DNA of 64,000 bases from Candidatus Poribacteria bacterium (GTDB lineage: Bacteria; Poribacteria; WGA-4E; WGA-3G): positions 160,001 through 224,000 of the forward strand of contig OZ219752.1 of assembly GCA_964291315.2 (NCBI GenBank), given 5' to 3'. Both the position numbers and the translations under genes were made by a program. How positions within the stretch are numbered: the stretch's first letter is position 1; each line of letters starts with the position of its first letter. Of the stretch, positions 59,375 through 64,000 are shown in pieces. The notes under the pieces were generated by a model that was given only the letters and a program-made list of their open reading frames with translations, had not been told where the DNA came from and did no database searches.

Positions 59375-60755
59375 CCGGGGCCGGTTATTTTTAATCTCTA
59401 TTTTTCTCTTATTGTTCTACTTTTTTTGTGGGAAAAATGCGCCCTCCGATTCGCTCAATCTAAGGCCTGAGGTTGGCACACGGGGTCTTGGATTGAGCGG
59501 TGCCTTTATTGGCAGTGCGGATGATGCAACGAGCCCGCTCTGGAATCCGGCCGGCCTCGCCACGCTGCAACGCGGCAACCTGATTTACGATCTATCCCAA
59601 GGTGCGTTCTCTATTGCATACCCGATAAAATCTATCGGCACTTTCGGTATAAACGTTCTCGATTTAAACGACAGCGACCGGTTTCTAATAAAACACACCT
59701 CTAACCCCATCGGCAGTTTTGAACTCGGTAATAATCAGGCGCTCTTCTCTTACGCAAGGAAATTCGGATTCTTGCAATTGGGTGGCAGCACTGGATATAG
59801 CCGTGCGCCTTACTACGGGAGCCTCTGGGCGCAAAATTATGACATCGGCATACTCGCGAGCCTCAACCCTTACGTTACGCTTGGGCTGCGGCTCCGGGAT
59901 ATTTCGGGGGTAACCATTCAAGATCAGAATGGAGCGGTCTTGCAGACTTTCGATCAACAGCTCGCCCTCGGGGCATCGCTTACCCCGCACCCAATCATTC
60001 GGTGGCATAACCGTGTGAACATTACTGACCCGGGTTTCGGGACGAGCTTAGAAATCGGAAACGAAAACATCGCTGCCCGGATCGGCTCAATGTTCTCTTT
60101 TACTACTGATGCACCGGTACCCGCATGGAGCATAGGGGTCTCACTCAATCAGCTCGGCAAGCAGCTACATTACACCTACCTCAACCACGAAGCCGTTGAA
60201 CATAAACACCTTATTTCCATAGGTATGTTTTTTGGAAAACAGCAAGGAGCTTCAAAGAAACCCGAAAACGGAGCACATTCCCAAAACAAACCGCTCCAGA
60301 TTGCAAAAGAATACGGCATTGATATAGAGCTCCTCCTTGCTATTGTTCACACTGAGTCCAATTTTAATCCGGTTGCTGTCTCTAAAAGCGGGGCATCAGG
60401 GCTCATGCAGCTCATGCCAGACACGGCTCGAGAACTTGGGCTTAAGGTGCCAAATTATAAGAATAAACGGAAGCCGAAGCATGATGCGAAAGTAGATGAA
60501 CGTTTTAACCCGACTAAGAACTTGCACGCCGGTTTAACATATTTCAATAAGCTCTTTAAGAAATACGGGGGGAATTTGACGTTGGCGCTCGGCGCCTACA
60601 ACGTTGGCCCCGGCAGGGTAAGGGTTCGCGGCCCCCTCATCAGCACAGGTAAGCGCTATGCCAAAAAGGTGCAAACCCGCTCTGAGCTCTATCGTGACAA
60701 AGCCGGACAGATGGAAAGTGATCTCAAGCGCTTGGAAGCGGTACTTAGCAATTAA
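59340..60755 (+). CDS. PorV/FadL-like outer-membrane barrel fused to an SLT lytic transglycosylase
   Basis: GTRGLGLSGAF...ADDATSPLWNPAGLA; barrel-end strand KHLISIGMFFG; TESNFNP.AVS..GA.GLMQLMP, AYN.GP. Confidence 0.8.
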   Translation: MKNRISILLYSSRGRLFLISIFLLLFYFFCGKNAPSDSLNLRPEVGTRGLGLSGAFIGSADDATSPLWNPAGLATLQRGNLIYDLSQGAFSIAYPIKSIGTFGINVLDLNDSDRFLIKHTSNPIGSFELGNNQALFSYARKFGFLQLGGSTGYSRAPYYGSLWAQNYDIGILASLNPYVTLGLRLRDISGVTIQDQNGAVLQTFDQQLALGASLTPHPIIRWHNRVNITDPGFGTSLEIGNENIAARIGSMFSFTTDAPVPAWSIGVSLNQLGKQLHYTYLNHEAVEHKHLISIGMFFGKQQGASKKPENGAHSQNKPLQIAKEYGIDIELLLAIVHTESNFNPVAVSKSGASGLMQLMPDTARELGLKVPNYKNKRKPKHDAKVDERFNPTKNLHAGLTYFNKLFKKYGGNLTLALGAYNVGPGRVRVRGPLISTGKRYAKKVQTRSELYRDKAGQMESDLKRLEAVLSN

Positions 60756-60960
60756 AGTGGGTGACGTACAGCATCTCCCAGCTACGAGGCGGGTTTGGAG
60801 TACATTCTGTTAAACTGTGCAATAGCTTTTGTAGCATCATTTCCTGTTAGGCTGTGCTTGTGTCCGCAAACTGACGTTTTGCGATATAGGTGTGGCATAG
60901 TCTGCTAGGCTGTGCAAGGTGGGGTTTGAAGCACGCCCCAACTAAGAAAGAGGAGCAAAA

Positions 60961-62223
60961 ATGAATAATATCAGATTGGCGATCGTTGGATGTGGCGGTA
61001 TGGGACACCGACACATGTATGGATTAGCGGAACTGCATCGTGCAGGATGGACACAATTTAATCTTGTTGCAGCATGTGATCCGGTCTCCGACAATGCAGA
61101 ATCTCTCGCAGCACAGGCTGAAGAACGTTTCGGTCAAAAACCCGCTGTCGTCAAGACTCTGGAAGAGCTTGCCGCGGTCGGCGTAGATGCTGTTGATGTA
61201 ACGACGACACCGCCGTACCATCACACTGTTGCTATAGAGACCCTGGCGCGCGGTTGGCACACTATGGTAGAAAAACCGATGGGACTGACAGTCCGAGCGT
61301 GCAATCTCATCCGCCGCGCCGCCGAGGCCTCGGGGGCGGTCCTCAGCGTTGCAGAAAATTACCGGCGCGACCCAATCAACCGCCTTGCAAGAGCCCTTCT
61401 CGATGCTGAGATCATCGGGCCGCCGCGACTGCTCATTCATCACGCAATCGGCGGCACAAACCGGATGACCATATCTGTGTGGCGCCACCAGAAAGATCAG
61501 AGTGGACTGCTCCTAGATGTGGGTGTCCATTTTGCGGATATGATCGAGTATCTGCTTGGTGACATTGATACGGTCTATGCGCAAACACGACTTCACGAAC
61601 CCATCCGCTACAATTCCGCAGCAGTGACGGGTGAGTCCAGCTCTAACCCCTCTGGTGTCTACACAAAATGGCAACGCCAGATGCCTGCAGAATTTCAGGC
61701 AACGGCAGAAGATGCGGCTTATGCAACCTTGACCTTCAAAAGCGGCGCTGTGGGACAATACATTGAAGACCACGGGGCATGGGGGCAAGGCGGTTGGCTC
61801 CGCAAAATCCACGGATCCCGAGGTTCCATGACGCTTCCCGGAGACCGAAGTGGTGGTCCTATTACCCTTAATATTGATGGAGAGGCGCCGCTTAGCGACG
61901 AAAAGCTCCTGAATCTCGTGCCAGAGTTTCGCTTGGATGCTGTCACAACAGAGATGTTCGGAGGCGACAGGCTCTGGAAATACGAACTGCCGTTCACACA
62001 GGTAGACGCGAAAATTATCGCCATTGAGTACGGTGACTTCGCTGAAGCCATCGCAGGAAACAGCGACGTTGAAGTCGATGCATATCAAGGGACCCGATCC
62101 GTCGCAGTCTCCTATGCCCTGCTTGAGTCGGGCGCAACCGGAGAGGTTGTTCAAATAGATGACATGCTGGACGAGTCAATTAATACATACCAACGCGAAA
62201 TTGACGAAGGATTAGGGATTTAA
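60961..62223 (+). CDS. Gfo/Idh/MocA oxidoreductase
   Basis: VGCGGMG, VEKPMG, DVGVH. Confidence 0.92.
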   Translation: MNNIRLAIVGCGGMGHRHMYGLAELHRAGWTQFNLVAACDPVSDNAESLAAQAEERFGQKPAVVKTLEELAAVGVDAVDVTTTPPYHHTVAIETLARGWHTMVEKPMGLTVRACNLIRRAAEASGAVLSVAENYRRDPINRLARALLDAEIIGPPRLLIHHAIGGTNRMTISVWRHQKDQSGLLLDVGVHFADMIEYLLGDIDTVYAQTRLHEPIRYNSAAVTGESSSNPSGVYTKWQRQMPAEFQATAEDAAYATLTFKSGAVGQYIEDHGAWGQGGWLRKIHGSRGSMTLPGDRSGGPITLNIDGEAPLSDEKLLNLVPEFRLDAVTTEMFGGDRLWKYELPFTQVDAKIIAIEYGDFAEAIAGNSDVEVDAYQGTRSVAVSYALLESGATGEVVQIDDMLDESINTYQREIDEGLGI

Positions 62224-62257
62224 ACCTCTCAATCTGCCTTATAGCTCAGTCTCTCTT

Positions 62258-62281
62258 GTAGCATAGACTGTGAGTCTGTGC
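62258..62281. repeat. GTAG-type REP-like palindrome (other copies at 40838-40861, ~57610-57630, ~60831, 60892-60915, 63325-63354)
   Basis: GTAGCATAGACTGTGAGTCTGTGC; reverse copy GCACAGACTAACAGTCTATGCTAC at 40838. Confidence 0.7.
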
Positions 62282-62333
62282 AACTGTGCTTGTAGGCTGC
62301 TTTTTTGTAAAGTGTCTGCAAATCTGAAAGAAG

Positions 62334-62432
62334 TTGACCCCCAATCAAATTGCCGATATAATATTTGCTATTCTATCGATAGGCGGTTCGGCTTTTTTTA
62401 AAGTTGACAAAAGATTAAAATAGGCGTATAAT
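62334..62432 (+). promoter_or_regulatory. Tandem near-consensus sigma70 promoters
   Basis: TTGACC-N17-TATAAT (62334) and perfect TTGACA-N17-TATAAT (62404-62432). Confidence 0.7.
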
Positions 62433-62607
62433 TTAATTTGACAGAACATCGAAATAGGTGTAAAAATTAATATTGTATTAAAACGCGGGCTTGATAATTA
62501 TTGAGATGTTCTTTGTTGGACAGAGAGCTTTTGCATAGTCGAACGGCTTATACTGCAAGCGTTGCAGAGGCACAGGTAACCAAAAATATTCGTGAGAGGG
62601 GTGCGTG

Positions 62608-63042
62608 ATGAAACAGGTATTTGTAATCTGTGTATTCTTTTTTGTGCTTGCCTCGCCTGTGTTCTGTGAGTTAACGGATGCCGATCTGAATAAGATCCGG
62701 TTGATCATCAACGAGGAGCTGAAGCCGATAAGAGCCGACATCGTGACCTTAAAGACTCAAGTCGCTGCCCTCAATGGGCGCATCGACGGCATAAATGGGC
62801 GCATCGACGGTGTAGAAGGACGCATCGACGCTGTAAACGGGCGCATCGACGGTGTAGAAAGACGCATTGGCGGTATAGAAAAAATGATGACGTGGTTGAT
62901 GGTAATAATAGGGGTCGTCATCGGGCTGCCGCAGGTGATCATGATGTGGCGCATGAGAAAAGAACGTATCTTCGAAAAGCAGATTGAGGCGCTGGCAGCA
63001 GATATAGAGACCCTCAAGCAACAACGGATCGTCCAACCATAA
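62608..63042 (+). CDS. Small protein with signal peptide, heptad coiled coil and TM helix
   Basis: ELTDADLNKIRLII, five xGRIDG(V/I)-type heptads, C-terminal TM helix. Confidence 0.8.
   Translation: MKQVFVICVFFFVLASPVFCELTDADLNKIRLIINEELKPIRADIVTLKTQVAALNGRIDGINGRIDGVEGRIDAVNGRIDGVERRIGGIEKMMTWLMVIIGVVIGLPQVIMMWRMRKERIFEKQIEALAADIETLKQQRIVQP
62773..62877 (+). repeat. 21-bp tandem repeat x5 (in-frame heptads)
   Basis: Variants of AATGGGCGCATCGACGGTGTA. Confidence 0.85.
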
Positions 63043-63455
63043 CCGGCAGAGGCAGCGGCTCGGTATTTGATATAGGGTAGAAACGATGGGAAGCTTTCAT
63101 ATAGACATGGATATGAGTAGATGCTCGTCAGTTGTTCTTCTGCGGCATGCGTGCTGTGTTAGTTCTGTGTGCTGCGTGCGTTCCGTTGATCTGTGTTGTG
63201 ATGTTAACATGCATTTACCCCCTTCCTGTATCCACATAAGTTGAGCGTTTTGGTTTATATATTTTTCACCGAACTGCGTCGGCGTTTGCGTCTGTCGCGG
63301 TTTTTTTGCGCCTGCGCGTGCCTTAGCCTATGCTACGGAAGAGGTAGCATAGACTCATAACCTATATTACAGATAGATATAATAACAAACCCTCTTGTCC
63401 ACGCTTGTGTTGGAAGAGAGGGACCTTAAACCCTATAACAGAGGAGTATTTACCA

Positions 63456-64000
63456 ATGAAAATGTATGTGACGATCCCGAAACTGATGATTGCCCTGCTC
63501 GCTATCGGGGCTTGCGGGTATGCCCTGCACGCCTGGAGCAAGGCACAATCGCCGGCTGAGATCCCCGCGTCTACACTCCAGCAGATAGACCTGCGGCTTA
63601 TTATTGAACCTGATGAGATGCCGACTGAACCGGGCGAGGTGGAACCCGCCCTTGTGCGCGCCAGACAAGCGGCATTGGGAACGGACGCACTTTTGCCGTC
63701 TGAGAAAAGTATAGGGGTGCCGCGGCAATCGGCATTGCTGCCGAACTACCCGAACCCGTTCAATCCAGAGACGTGGATACCGTATGAGTTGTCCGAGGCT
63801 GCTGAGGTCAGGTTGACCATCTATTCAGCGGATGGCAGTTTGGTGCGGACGGTGGGCTTAGGGCATCAGGTGCCCGGTGTCTACCGTTGCAAGTCTCGAT
63901 CGGTGTATTGGGACGGTCGTAACGATGCGGGCGAGCGGGTTTCGAGCGGTGTCTATTTCTATACGCTTGAGGCGGGTTCTTTCCGTGCGACGCGTAAAAT
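63456..64000 (+). CDS. Secreted protein made almost entirely of a FlgD-Ig/T9SS-like C-terminal sorting domain; runs off the window
   Basis: GAGGAG RBS, ATG 63456, open to the end: signal peptide...LLPNYPNPFNPETWIPYELS...YWDGRNDAGERVSSGVYFYTLEAGSFRATRK. Absent from the ORF track because there is no stop in the window. Confidence 0.88.
   Translation, partial: MKMYVTIPKLMIALLAIGACGYALHAWSKAQSPAEIPASTLQQIDLRLIIEPDEMPTEPGEVEPALVRARQAALGTDALLPSEKSIGVPRQSALLPNYPNPFNPETWIPYELSEAAEVRLTIYSADGSLVRTVGLGHQVPGVYRCKSRSVYWDGRNDAGERVSSGVYFYTLEAGSFRATRK

Noticed and set aside
61024-62154. Long antisense ORFs (154 and 213 aa) and similar shadow ORFs across the window
   Set aside because: They overlap well-supported genes on the opposite strand or frame and show no motifs.
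1-64000. CRISPR array, rRNA, integron, prophage, RT/retron/DGR
   Set aside because: No regularly spaced repeat-spacer array and no cas, integrase, RT or phage genes. The repeats found are dispersed or simple tandem.

Overview
Bacterial chromosomal window of about 47% GC (estimated by eye). It comes from a diderm: it carries lpxB/lpxK, a TonB receptor and a PorV-like barrel. It is most likely Candidatus Poribacteria or a relative, an inference from the NYPNPFNPETWIPY...WDGRN C-terminal domain, the gene content and the intergenic repeats. The backbone is housekeeping and catabolic genes: nfo, obgE-proB, degP, lpxB-lpxK, argC, queC, tRNA-Leu/fMet/CAU, tilS-hpt, a sulfatase, a GH32 and several oxidoreductases. 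An accessory zone at about 32-46 kb holds a HindVP-like type II R-M pair and the best candidate for a novel system. That candidate is a repeated module of [decayed small secreted-protein gene] - [hairpin or short spacer] - [intact membrane-anchored helical protein]; two of these proteins share an FGDIPEV motif. It runs into a cluster with Cys-rich peptides, a GT-C glycosyltransferase and a dedicated sigma factor. Other items not in the ORF track or unusual in architecture: a TonB-receptor pseudogene, a VHL-beta-domain remnant beside the R-M genes, a MITE family with TAACGTGAGTTTGA ends, GTAG-type REP-like repeats, a PorV-like barrel fused to a lytic transglycosylase, a TsdA/SoxA-like diheme cytochrome, a GH32 lacking its acid/base Glu, and a CAU tRNA directly upstream of tilS. 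No CRISPR array, rRNA, transposase, integrase or reverse transcriptase was seen. All assignments are from motif recognition by eye; no searches were run.
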